The notes below the pieces were generated by a model. The model saw nothing but the letters and a program-made list of their open reading frames with translations. It searched no databases and was not told the origin of the DNA. Shown here piece after piece: positions 42,072 through 53,700 of a stretch of 64,000 nt of DNA. The stretch is from Antedon mediterranea (taxonomy: Eukaryota > Animalia > Echinodermata): assembly GCF_964355755.1 (NCBI RefSeq), contig NC_092672.1, forward strand, positions 2,356,001 to 2,420,000, written 5' to 3'. Each line of letters begins with the position of its first letter. Within the stretch, counting starts at the first letter, position 1. A program made the translations under genes and the position numbers.

Positions 42072-43322
42072 GGCCAAATAAAAAAATATACTTGTTAAGC
42101 GTCACACCCTCATAAATTTTCAGGGGCGGGGGGACGGTTTTTTTTTTTTTTTTACTTTTTATAGAGGTATATTTTTGCGCGGTGGACGTTTTGCCCCACT
42201 TTTTTAGGACGAAACGTCAAACTTTTAAAATGCGAAACAGAACAAAATTGACTATGTATGAAATATTATTGCTTATGACAAAATTGAGTTTTGTATTGTT
42301 TATATCCAGACGTAATTAAAACATTAAATTTAATTGCCACCAAGCGAAATTGTAGGCCCTAGGCTAACTAATCCGTCCAAGGTGCTACCCCAACCTCACT
42401 CATCGGCCATCTGCCGTCTCTCGCTCGACTCATCTATCCAGGAAATTCCCTATCGCGAGAAGCATGATTTGGTGGTCTCAATAATACTAAATAGTGGGCT
42501 GATTTATAGTTTGAAAACAGCTTACGGCATTTCTTAAGTGAATTTTTATTCAACGTATTCATTCTTCTTTGATGAATCCTTTGCCAATTGCTGTGTAAAT
42601 CAGTATTTAAAGTTGTGATGCAAAAAGTGTATGCAATTATTCCAGGCAGGTAAACCAGGCATAAGGAAACCCATCGCCCAACAGGACCTCGTGGTGTGCC
42701 GATCTCGAGATCATCGTAAACAAAATTGGTAGAGTCCATTATGTATGGGGTGTTTCCTATTTACGAACCTATAAAAAAACGCGCTTCGACCACTGTGTAG
42801 GCAAAATATTTATTTCGTTAAATCCCTAAATTGATAATCGCGTATTCTGTAATCACGTGACTGATGATGTAATCCTCAGCGACGTACTAAATGCACATGA
42901 TTTAATGTGTTGGGGAAAAAGCTTGCTGTTTACCACATTACATGATTCACGGTGCTATTCGCGTTTCCTTTACGTAAATCGGCGGCGTGTAAATGAAACA
43001 ATTGTTTTCACCAATTTGCCGTTGTCGACATAGAGCGATCGGCGGCTAGCGTTGTCTAAGCTAAAAAGTATGTATTTTTTCAAAAATTACACTAGCCTAA
43101 CAAACATTTGCTAGTTTTGAAATTTTCAAATAGCAATTATGAAGAATCTACTAGCAAAATGCTAGTTTGCTAGCGTGAATTTCGAGCCCTACTCTGGAGC
43201 TGGGTCGGGCCGCTGAACTTTCCGTTGTATATCGGTAAAAAAAAAATAAAAATAAAAAGAGAGGCGGCTGGATAATCAGGAGCGGGCGGTGACGCTTAAC
43301 AAGTATGTTTTTTTATTTGGCC
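42072..43322. mobile_element. GGCC-terminal MITE with TAA TSD (Zator or PIF/Harbinger type) inserted in Gypsy pol
   Basis: 34-bp TIR GGCCAAATAAAAAAA..TACTTGTTAAGCGTCAC; TAA at 42069-42071 and 43323-43325; removal restores the pol frame. Confidence 0.9.
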
Positions 43323-44852
43323 TAATGCTGAGGATCCGGTTGAGGTGTTTCACACTATGCAGTTTCAACCACTTCCTGTAACAAGTGCCCAGGTCAAGAT
43401 TGAGACATTACACAACCCAACAATGTCAAAGGTGTATGATTACACAATGAAGGGTTGGCCTAAGAGCTGTGATCCGGAATTTGAACCATTCCATAGACGA
43501 CGTGATGAACTGTCAATTTTTGATGGATGTTTGCTATGGGGTACGCGAATCATTGTTCCACCAAAATTCAGAGCAAGAGTACTTGACGAGTTACATGAAG
43601 GACATTTGGGCATTGTAAAAATGAAGTCCTTGGCAAGGAGCTATGTTTGGTGGCCGAGAGTGGATGCTGACATAGAGAAATTAGCAAAAACCTGTAGTGG
43701 ATGCCAAAAGACACTGCATGAACCTCAGAAAGCACCCCTACATCCATGGCAGTGGCCGAGCAGTCCGTGGGAACGTATCCACATCGACTATGCGGGACCA
43801 ATAAACAACATAATGTATCTGGTAGTTGTGGATGCACAATCCAAGTGGCCTGAGGTATTGCCTACGACCACAGCGACATCAAGCAAATCAATAACTCTGT
43901 TGCGCGATTTATTTGCGAGGTATGGACTACCAAAGCAGTTGGTATCGGACAATGGTCCGCAATTTGTGTCAGAAGAATTTGAAATGTTTCTCAAGAATAA
44001 TGGTATTAGACACATCAAATCAGCACCATACCACCCAGCAACCAATGGGTTAGCAGAACGTTTTGTGCAATCATTTAAAGGAGCACTCAAATCGGCAAAA
44101 GAAGGAAACGACACAAAACAAAAACTTGCAAACTTTCTATTAGCATATAGAAATGGCCAACACAACACAACTGGAATATCTCCAGCAATGATGTTTATTG
44201 GAAGACAACTACGCACCAGACTAGATTGCATTATACCTGACTTACGTCAAAAAGTTGAAAATAACCAGGAAAGCCAGAGAAAACCAACTAGCGAAAAGAA
44301 GCTTAGAGAATTCAAAGAAGGAGACAAAGTGTGTGTTCGTGACTATAGATCAAAGAGTCAGAAGTGGATAGTCGGAATTATTCATAGGAAAACTGGAAAG
44401 TTGTCATATGAAGTCAAAGTTGGACCAGACATGATTTGGAAAAGACACATTGATCAAATCTTAAGCAGTGGCTTAACACTAGATCTAGAGACACCTCCAG
44501 ATATAGATCCTGTTGATTTAGAACCAGCTATCTCAGCAACACCAACACCACCACCGGAAATACAACAACCAGTTGAGATTCCACAACAACCACCACCAAG
44601 GAGATACCCACAGAGGAACAGGAAACCACCTAACAGACTTGATTTATAATGGACCTTTAGACATAACTCAATACAGTTAACAATAATCATAATGATAACA
44701 ATATAAATAATGAGACTACGGACACTTGAGATTGAAACACTTTATTATCAGAACAGTTTTAAAAAAATAAATAAATAAATCTTATAACGAGCAATATACC
44801 TTAAAGCTTGCTATTTAAAATGTTATTGCCATTGAATCTAAAGGGGAAGAAT

Positions 44853-44973
44853 TGTAGTGTATTGACCACATACATCATACTGTAAATAGTGTTGCCGCCC
44901 TCTGTTGTTCATTAAAGCAATCTCTCTCTATAAAATGGATACCGAGCCTGAGTCATGTGTATGATACATCACA
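44853..44973 (+). repeat. 3' LTR (121 bp)
   Basis: Identical to 33615-33735. Confidence 0.95.
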
Positions 44974-45301
44974 ATTATGGAGCTGTTTTAGGCGCTCCGA
45001 TAAAATTTCATTTGAAAACGTTTACGATTGCAATAGTATTATAGTTTTTATACGCACGACCGTCGTACCCCCAGCGCGAGCGAGCCCTTCTTGGCAACCA
45101 CATTGTGTACACAGTATTCGATTAGTATATTCTCCAGTTGATTATAGCATAGACCTAGCGTACACACTTCTAGGAAACATAGATACTAATCGAATACGAT
45201 TGTCCGTGAAAACGTGCGCCTCTCGATAAAAGGATCGAGCGAGGCTAGCCCACACACACGTGCGGTTATGCACTCGATGTTGCGGGTGCGAAACTCATTC
45301 A

Positions 45302-46138
45302 TAAAGAATATATATCACAAGAATGAGTAATCCGCGATTTTCCCTGTAACAGTAATATTGTCCATGTGGTAGGGCGCCGCCATAAGTGTGGATGTATCTG
45401 GGATGTATACAACTTTTTGTGACGGTTTCACTAATCAAAGGCTGGACCACCGGTAGTATTTTCATGATAAAAAATGTTATCAACTACATGCCAACATCAT
45501 GTTAAATACTTTTTGGATATTTAATTGTTCGTTTTATGCAATTTATTTAGTAAAAACTGCCGTATAAACAGTTTGCTTTATCAACCGGGCGCTACGATAG
45601 CGTGACCGGGCGTGTTGTTGTTTACGCGTTTTCACGTAGGATAGTTTAATAATATTCCTATATTTAACCTGTTTCTGGTAAAACAAATAAATGTTAATGA
45701 CATTTAAACTTTTGTCCTATTAATAACATGTATTTTATACTAATTTATATCATAAAAACAATACTTAATTTACCGGGCGTAGAGTAGTACAAGGCAATGG
45801 TAAAGAATAGGCCGTGCTGAGTAACGATTTGTTGATTTTTGGTGTTGCTGTGTTAGGCCTTTTTTGTGAACTAACTTAGCATGTTAGTAAATAATTGTCT
45901 GTAAAAGTGAATGTACACTAGTTTGTTAATAAATATGTATTATAAAATAGTTTACAATTGCAAAATATATTATCATAATTCTATTTAATGTGACATGTAT
46001 AATATCTATTAAATCAAGTCTTATTTAGTATGTATACATCCGCCCTTATGAGGGCGGGCATCACTCTCTTGAGCTCTCTGTTACAAATTTCTCATGCAAA
46101 AATTGCGGAATACTCATTCTTGTGATATATATTCTTTG
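45302..46138. mobile_element. MITE with ~38-bp TIR (possibly P-superfamily)
   Basis: AAAGAATATATATCACAAGAATGAGTA.TCCGC inverted at 46101-46138; no TSD resolved. Confidence 0.65.
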
Positions 46139-46802
46139 ATCGAACTTAAATTTGATATGACGATGCAGCATAACAGTGGTGGCGATTAGGGGATCGATGA
46201 TTCTAGCCTAAATGACGGTCATGACGTGCTATAAAATACTAGTGTATAGTGTTTCGGCCTCCTTAAAATTCAAGCCCATTGAAGACTTTGTTCATAACAA
46301 GTTAGAAAGAACTGACGGAATGGGGGACTTCCCTTCTTGTTGAGGCTGGGCGCGGCCGTCTTATACATCGACGATATACAAAATACCGATATTTTACTCT
46401 CAGTTAGGGGTCGGGTGCGTCTTATTATACACCGGTGCGACTTATACACCGAAATATATCGTACACTAACTTCTAAAAATTAAAATATTTAATTAGGCCT
46501 GCTAACAACGACCTACACAGTAGGCCCTAGTAGGCCTAGCCTAGGCTAGTTTAGACACGGGGCCTAACGCGCCCAAAACAGAATTAAAGTGTGAAACAAA
46601 TTATGAATAGATGTTTGAGCTTGTTGTTTTATTCAGTGTGTTTTGTTACTCTCAAATTCGCGAGCAATTAACAGAGAAATTAACATTAAAAAAAAAACAA
46701 AACAAAAAAAAAAAAACTTTTTTCCACCCGCCCCCCTCTACCAAAAAAAAAACTTGACAGCAAACAATTTTTTTTTTTAGGCCTAATTATAGCTTGTGCC
46801 AC

Positions 46803-47256
46803 CAAAGATTGTATAGCGCCGCTACGCGGCGCAAGATAGGTAACTGGGTGAGACCTTTGTAATCCATGGACGCCATTCCGGCGGACAAGTTTGAACCGGA
46901 ATAAAGTCGTTGTCAAGGCAATATCCACGATGTTTCGGTTAAAGAACGAAGTTGTCTAACCAAACATATCAATGTAAACACACAGAATTAATCGGAAAGT
47001 GTCCAGATCCCAAAGAAACTTTTATTTTACTTTGTTTACATAATTTCTTCCCTTTTCCATGAATCAATCATAAAGATGGTTAACCACAGATACTTCGAGG
47101 CGGACCGCAAAATTTAAATCATTTACATTTAAATCACAATAATAACCTGTCCGCCCGAATGGCGTCCACGGATTTACTGGGCGCGTAGTGTTATAAGATA
47201 GGAGCTTGGCAACAGTTACCTATCTTGCGCCGCGTAGCGGCGCTATATAATCTTTG
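46803..47256. mobile_element. P-superfamily-like MITE (CAAAG...CTTTG, 7-bp TSD)
   Basis: About 44-bp TIR CAAAGATT.TATAGCGCCGCTACGCGGCGCAAGATAGGTAACTG; GTGCCAC at 46796-46802 and 47257-47263. Confidence 0.8.
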
Positions 47257-48273
47257 GTGCCACACTGCACACCACACTACCACTGCTGAGAGTCGGAGTG
47301 TTAGGATTTACTGTAGCCTAGTTAGTCGTTGCACGAGCGAGAGAGCGATGGATTAAACTTGGCCTAGGCCATACATGAATTAATAATTAAAATACGAATA
47401 TGCCAGGTGCCACGCGTTAAAATAATTATTATGATATTAAATAATCGGTATATCTATCTACCGTAAGAATCGTAATGCTGTAACTAGCGTTGCGACCCCG
47501 ACTTCCCGAACAGTTTTTTCACATCCACGCGGTGGCTGCCGTCAATAAATTAACTTGTGATTGCATGTTATGTACAGTTATAATGCGTTATATGAAATCT
47601 TTTATTTTGTACTTGAAAAATCATAAAACTAGTCAACTCATGTAAATTTTATATAATTCATAATTAGGCCATATATGAAGTTTATATATGAATGAAGCAA
47701 CCACTTTTTAATTACAAAATAAATAGGCCCACTGGTCACGTCTAGCTGGTAGGCCTAGCCTAGTATTTACTATTAATTAGTGGATCCCGTTATTAGTAGG
47801 CATCTACGCTAGTTCGCCTTGGGCCGCGGAGCTATGAAATGATCCATCGCGCGCTGTTGATAAAGTATAGAGTCACCGATTACCGGCGCTCTGCTGGGCA
47901 TGCGCAATAGCGTGTCGGATTCCCTAACGGTTGGCAGTTGAGTTCCGGTGCTGGAATCCTAAACCACGGCGATATAAATACACTTTAATAGCATTAAACT
48001 TGGGTACTGGCCAGCCAATGATGGGTACGGGTGAGCCAAAATTTTTGGTACGAGTAAGCCAAAATTTGGGTACCAGTTGGTGGGTACGAGTTGGCATGGG
48101 TACGGGTTGACCTGTATTCGTAGTCTACACCCTAGCTAGTAGGCCTAGCTAACTACTAGCTAGAGGCCTAGCTAGGCCTAGGCCTAGGCTATATTTTAAT
48201 TTTAAGCCAGAAGAAGTGGATGCGGATTAACAAGCAACCCGATATGGCTTTGCTGGCAGACAAAAATACTTAC

Positions 48274-48415
48274 TCTCAGCTTCGCGTATATTATTTTCCA
48301 GAAACCTTGATAAAATCTACAAAATAATGTTTGATTTAAAACTGTTTATATATTTTTTCGGCATTTCACGTTTTTTTAGCAGAGCGTAGAAACGTCGATA
48401 GCGCATGCGTAGTTC
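48274..48415 (-). promoter_or_regulatory. Putative promoter and non-coding exon 1 of the FHAD1-like gene
   Basis: NRF1-type GCGCATGCGT at 48401, minus-strand donor GA|GTAAGT at 48273; first non-TE sequence upstream of the acceptor at 23873. Confidence 0.4.
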
Positions 48416-48523
48416 CAAGGGAACCAAACAACTCCCCAGATATGGAACGCTATGAGTGCAATCAAGTGCAATTTATTTTTTAAATTTAATTTATATACTT
48501 TATTTAATTTTTTGAAAATTTGG

Positions 48524-49810
48524 GGTGCCGTTTTCGGCCACCTCGACGTATATGGACTATACCATTATAAAAAGATGGGAAAATAGGGGTGTCCCATTTA
48601 TTAATTGAGTGTGTTAATGTGTCAAAATACTGCTGCTTTTGTTCTTTTGTTTAGTGCATTATGTTTCAGCAACAAAGGGAAAACAACTACGCCCTGCATG
48701 CTGTTACAAATAAACAAGAAATATTTCTTACAAAAAACGCTGCTCGCTTATTGAAAAATATTTTTTATTTCAAATGTTTTTGAATGTGTCATTTTATTGT
48801 CACATAATATAGTTATTTTACCTGAAAAAAATGTAATTTAAAGCAACAAATACTTAAATTGTCTGTCAGACAATGGTTTTTGGGTTTCTTTTCATTTTTT
48901 ATATGTGAATAAATATTACTTTTTTGTTACAGAAGTGAATACTCAATTTCTGTCACTTTAGTTAATTTTATTGCTAAGGTCAAATCTGGGGGTCACTTCA
49001 TGACCCTAGATATTTCAATTGTGAAGTATCCTATTACAAACACAAACTTTAATGGACTGTTTCGATAATAATTCAATGAATATCTGACAGTGAATATACC
49101 AGAAATGCTTAGGGATTTGTAATTTTAGCATGACATGTCCTAATAGACTCTTTCCCAGCCGTTTTTTGGGTCTACTGTAGCAGCTGGAATCAATAAATCA
49201 TAGTGGAGTTTCCATTTTCACAAAACTGTCTGTCCTTAGAACTATAACTGCTGCTTGCTTTAGCTTCTGATTGAGTAGTCCTAATGGGACGTAGCGGGCT
49301 AGAGCAGCAGCGTGAAAATATAATTTACCTAACGATAACACAGTAGTACATTTAATAAAGATGACAGTAGTACTAGTACATTTAATAAGATCTATAACAT
49401 ACTGATTATTAGGTAATCAGTAAAACAAATAAACATTATAATTTTGTCAATGAATCTGTACCATTTTGTTCCCAGAAAACACAGCGTTTGACATTGCGTG
49501 TTTTTAGGTTTGGTTCTATAAAATTTGTTTTATTTAAAATATCTTTATTTAATATAGTAATATTGTTTCAAAATCTTACCATTCCCTAACACAGTACCTA
49601 ATAATAACATGCCTTATAAAAAGTACATGCATTGCTAGTTTTTTATGTTTTATATTGTTACTTGTAGTTTGTACTGTAGGTTACGTAACAGAACAATTGT
49701 ATTGTCTTCCCATTCAATAGACACCCTTCTCTACATAAAACATAATACAGCACACCCCTATCATAATAATGGTATAGTCCATATAAGTCGAGGTGGCCGA
49801 AAACGGCACC
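48524..49810. mobile_element. Non-autonomous TIR element (~45-bp TIR)
   Basis: GGTGCCGTTTTCGGCCACCTCGAC.TATATGGACTATACCATTAT inverted at 49766-49810; TSD not resolved. Confidence 0.7.
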
Positions 49811-50672
49811 TGATCCTTAAGTCTTCAATGGGCTTGAATTTTAAGGAGGCCGAAATTTTATAGCACGTCATGACCGTCATTTAGGCTAGAATCATCGATC
49901 CCCTAATCGCCACCACTGTTATGATCGTCCGATGTTAACTTAATCGTAAAAAATATTAAAGCATTTTAGAAAACATATTCGATGACGAATCAACGTTCAG
50001 GCCAAGGGAAGGTTGTGTGAGCTGTGATAGAGTGGAAGAAACGTATATTTTTATTTATTTCTGTAGTTTTATGTGAATTTTTAACTTTGAACAAACGAGA
50101 ATAATTTCATGTAGGCCTATAGTATTATATGTTACTGTGTTTGACATTGGTATAAATGTCGTATTGTAATTTTGTACCACAGCACAGATACTGTATGACC
50201 ATAAAAGTTAAATATATTTGTTTAATGATTAGAAATCACGCCATGCCATAACAACGACCTTTGGTAAAAAACCTTGCTAATCAGCCCAACGCCCTATTTT
50301 ATGAGATATACATTGAATATAACACCTCGTGATTTAGGACTTGAGTATACTTGATAGCTCTTTGTTCTATAAGATACAACGACTGAGACGAAATAAAAAC
50401 TGTTCACAAGAAAGAACATTAATTTTGACAATTCTAGAGGGAAACATCGATGCTTTAAGATAGATCACCGTTGAGTATATTTATATTTTTTATGTTAGAG
50501 AAGCAGTGGAATTTAAATTGTTGTGCGACATAAAACAAACCAAGGTAGGGCCTATATAACAAAAGGTTACGATAACTATTAGCCGATCTTCTCACAAGAT
50601 TATCCATAACAGTGAACAGACTACATTCTACAGCGTTTTTTAGAAATGAAGAAAGAAAACTGAATTGACAAC

Positions 50673-50744
50673 ATGGCAACAGGTAATGTAACAATTGTTA
50701 TTCATATTTCATTAAGTTTTGAAAATAATAATAAGAATAATAAC

Positions 50745-50780
<36 letters not shown>

Positions 50781-53700
50781 TTGTAATAATTTCTTTCTTT
50801 TTAAAATAAAATATAGATTTTGATGTGGACTTAGTGAACTTTTCAGAATGGTATGATAAAAACAACCTCGTCAGACAGCTGAAGGTTTTATACCACGATT
50901 TAATTTCAGTAGCAGACATAGACAAAGCCAACACAACGATAGATCTTCTGAATGCATTGAGGAAAACAGGACGTTTAAGCCCAGGCAATCTGGAGTTACT
51001 TTATGAAACGATAAAAGTAACCCAAACGTTTGGAGCTATCAAAGTTTTCCAACAATCTATCTTTGAAGTTCAAGAAATACAAATTATAAATTTCACCCCA
51101 TATCGACACTGGATTGCAGATTTTGGAAACGAACTACGAAAGGCTGCTGTTAAGAAAATTGATGCACTCTTCAACAATCCTTTAAAGAATTATGAAGACT
51201 CTTGGAGTATGATTATAGACTTGGAACAAAGACAAATACTTTGTGGAGAAAGAAAAGAAGAGTTTATTAACAAGCTTAACAAAATTGGACTGGCATCAAC
51301 GATGAAATGCCTGACACAAGGTATGTAACAGGAACGAATTAGCAAACAAATCATTAGTTGGAGAAGATGTGAAAACTCGCAGGGCATACTACAAATAATT
51401 ACGAGGAAAACCCAATCTAAAAAAATAATTACAACAATCAATCAATTGTTTGTTCGCCACTTATCATTGGCTGAATATGTAGCAAAACTTGTTTGGGCAT
51501 TATTTGAATTTGGACTCCAATAAAATGGTTTAGGTTTTTTTCATTTCAGTACAGAAATTTAAGTTTTCTTCTTCAGTGATAAGTGATAGATTTGAAATTG
51601 TGTTTGTCGCCCTCTATATGCAAGTGCGTTGCTAAAAGGGAATTTTGTGAAAACGTCCTTAATTGCAGTATAAACTTGACTACTTAAATGGGAATATTTC
51701 TACAATGAAAACTGTATTTCTTTATATTCGAATTGTAGTTTTATACTATGAAATTTATAATTATTCTGAACTATTATTCTAAACTATTTATCTATTCTTA
51801 TTTATCATTAAACAGTAAATGTACCTAACACAAGTAAAACAGAACAAGGAACGCAAAAAGAGTTTAAATCAGAAACAGGTTCGTTATTAAAATGTAATGT
51901 ATACATTTTCACCCAAAAGAAGTTTATTATGCGGTAGAATAATTGTTGTAAATTCAGTTTAATTCTAATTACAATAATTATAAGGTCGGTTTGATAACAA
52001 TATTATGACACTTATTATTTATTTCTTTATAAAACAGGAGATGTGTCGACTAATAGTAACAAAGAACAAGAAACGCAGAATAAGGTTGAGTCAGAAACAG
52101 GTTAGTTATTAGAATGTATCTATAATTTTTCTCCCATAAAGACGCTTTTAGGTAGAATATTTATCGTTGTAAATTCTGATTTATTAAGTAAAGTCATAAA
52201 CAAGCATGAAACATGTAATTATAATTAGGATTAGTATGATATATAATTAGAATATAGAATATATATTCCAACAATCATATTCCAACAATTTAATTGTCCT
52301 CAGTACAGTCCGGTATGAACAATTAATTCTTTTATTACAGCAAAATTAAGAAATTTGCAACTAAAAATGAAACTTACATTGTTATCGTTTTCTTGACTGA
52401 GTTAGTTTGATTTCTACATCTACAATATTTGATTTGTGATAAATTCATTTTTCGGTTTGCTGCCCTCTCTTGAGCATATTTCCATTTTTTTGTTTCTGAC
52501 GATAGAAAGAAAATGTGTTGGTCGCCCTCTATAAACCCAATAATTTACAAAAAAAATACGATACAAATATTTATACGACAGAGTTTGGTATAACTGATAA
52601 CAATCTTTAATAACTTTAGAATTTTATTTTTTACTTACTTAAATTTATATGTTAGAATATTATTATGTGTTATGATATGGATTCTGAAATAAAAGTGAAT
52701 TGAATTGAATTTAGGTAAATCATTTCAAATTGCTATAGCCTAATAACAAATTTCAATTTCATTTACCTATAATGACATTATCTAGGCCTGTAAAATAAAC
52801 AACCAAATCACTATAATTGTTAACAACTTAGGCCTTACTAAAATAAACTAAATATAAATAGATAAAATTAATATCAACAACAATAATAATATATATAATG
52901 CTTAATAGAATATGATTAATTATAAGATTCATTCTATTAAATAACTTTCTTTCTTTTTAGAAAAGATAGAAACATATCTGATTCAAATACAAAAGGACAA
53001 GTGCAGCCAGGCCAGTACATTTACACCTGCAATAATGAATGATAGATACAAAGTTGACATTTCACAGATGTTTACCGATATGGAATTACTAACGGAAAGT
53101 GAAAACAATAAAGAAACCAGCAAACCAACAACATTGGAAGAAGTGATTGATGTTATCAGTTCTAAACCTGGATGTAGAGCTCTCATAGAAGGGGAAGGGG
53201 GTATTGGAAAAACTACTATATTAAGACATTTATCATACACATGGGCTACTAATGGGCCTAATCAATATACTAATGGGCCTAATCAATCTAATAATGTCTT
53301 TAAAGGTAAAATTGTATTTCTTTTATATCTAAGAGATTTGGAAAAAGATGCCGATATCTTCGATTTAATTATAAAGCAACTGGACATGACAGATTTCAAT
53401 GTAAAGACAGATCTCCCAAACGATTCACGGTTGATTAGAAAATTTATAAAGAAACATGACACTAAAGTTGTGTTGCTACTAGACGGATTAGATGAATTAA
53501 GAGTTAATAATCAAATCGTTATTAGTCTTTTCAGAAAAGACAACTTTAAAAACAGTACTGTGATACTTACATCACGACCAGAAAACATAGATAAATGTAT
53601 AAAAGAGTGTAATGTACATGTAAGAGTTAAGGGATTTAATAAGAAGAGCATAGGTAAGTATATTGACAAACATTTTACGTATTTTGGAAGACCAGCATTG

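Larger units (their letters stand above)
33829..44649 (+). pseudogene. Gypsy gag-pol polyprotein in pieces: 33829-35683, 41406-42071, 43326-44649
   Basis: Two CCHC knuckles, protease VDTGS, RT LLDD, RNase H TDASPY, integrase H-H-C-C and D,D35E. Removing the inserts restores VVFCG|HVID and TEA|NAEDP. A small frameshifting deletion near 41719 and TGA at 42043 remain. Confidence 0.93.
33615..44973 (+). mobile_element. Nest level 5: Ty3/Gypsy LTR retrotransposon (Mag-like), full length, disrupted
   Basis: Identical 121-bp LTRs (TG...CA), TSD ATTAT (33610-33614, 44974-44978), PBS TGGCGACGAG (33738, tRNA-Ser(GCU)-like), PPT AAAGGGGAAGAA (44840-44851), gag-PR-RT-RH-IN order. Confidence 0.97.
33333..46461. 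mobile_element. Nest level 4: pogo/Tigger-like non-autonomous element, TA TSD
   Basis: TA|GCGTATATTTCGGTGTATAATCGCAC ... GTGCGACTTATACACCGAAATATATCG|TA, with subterminal GGGTGCGTCTTATAC repeats. Confidence 0.7.
33137..46783. mobile_element. Nest level 3: GGCC-terminal MITE with TAA TSD (Zator or PIF/Harbinger type)
   Basis: TAA|GGCCAAAAAAAAAAAATAGTTTGTTTGCTGTCA ... TGACAGCAAACAATTTTTTTTTTTAGGCC|TAA. Confidence 0.75.
33041..47971. mobile_element. Nest level 2: TIR element (~80-bp TIR, probable 9-bp TSD, Mutator-like)
   Basis: CGCCGTGGTTAGGATTCC...CTATTGCGCATGC at 33041-33120, inverted at ~47890-47971; ATATAAATA at 33026-33034 (followed by an inserted GGCCTA) and at 47972-47980. Confidence 0.75.
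30490..48119. mobile_element. Nest level 1: Mutator/Rehavkus-like element with (AACTCGTACCC)n subterminal arrays
   Basis: GGTCAACCCGTACCCA at 30497 and its inverse ending at 48112; near-TSD GTAGGCTA (30482-30489) / GTAGTCTA (48120-48127). Confidence 0.7.
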
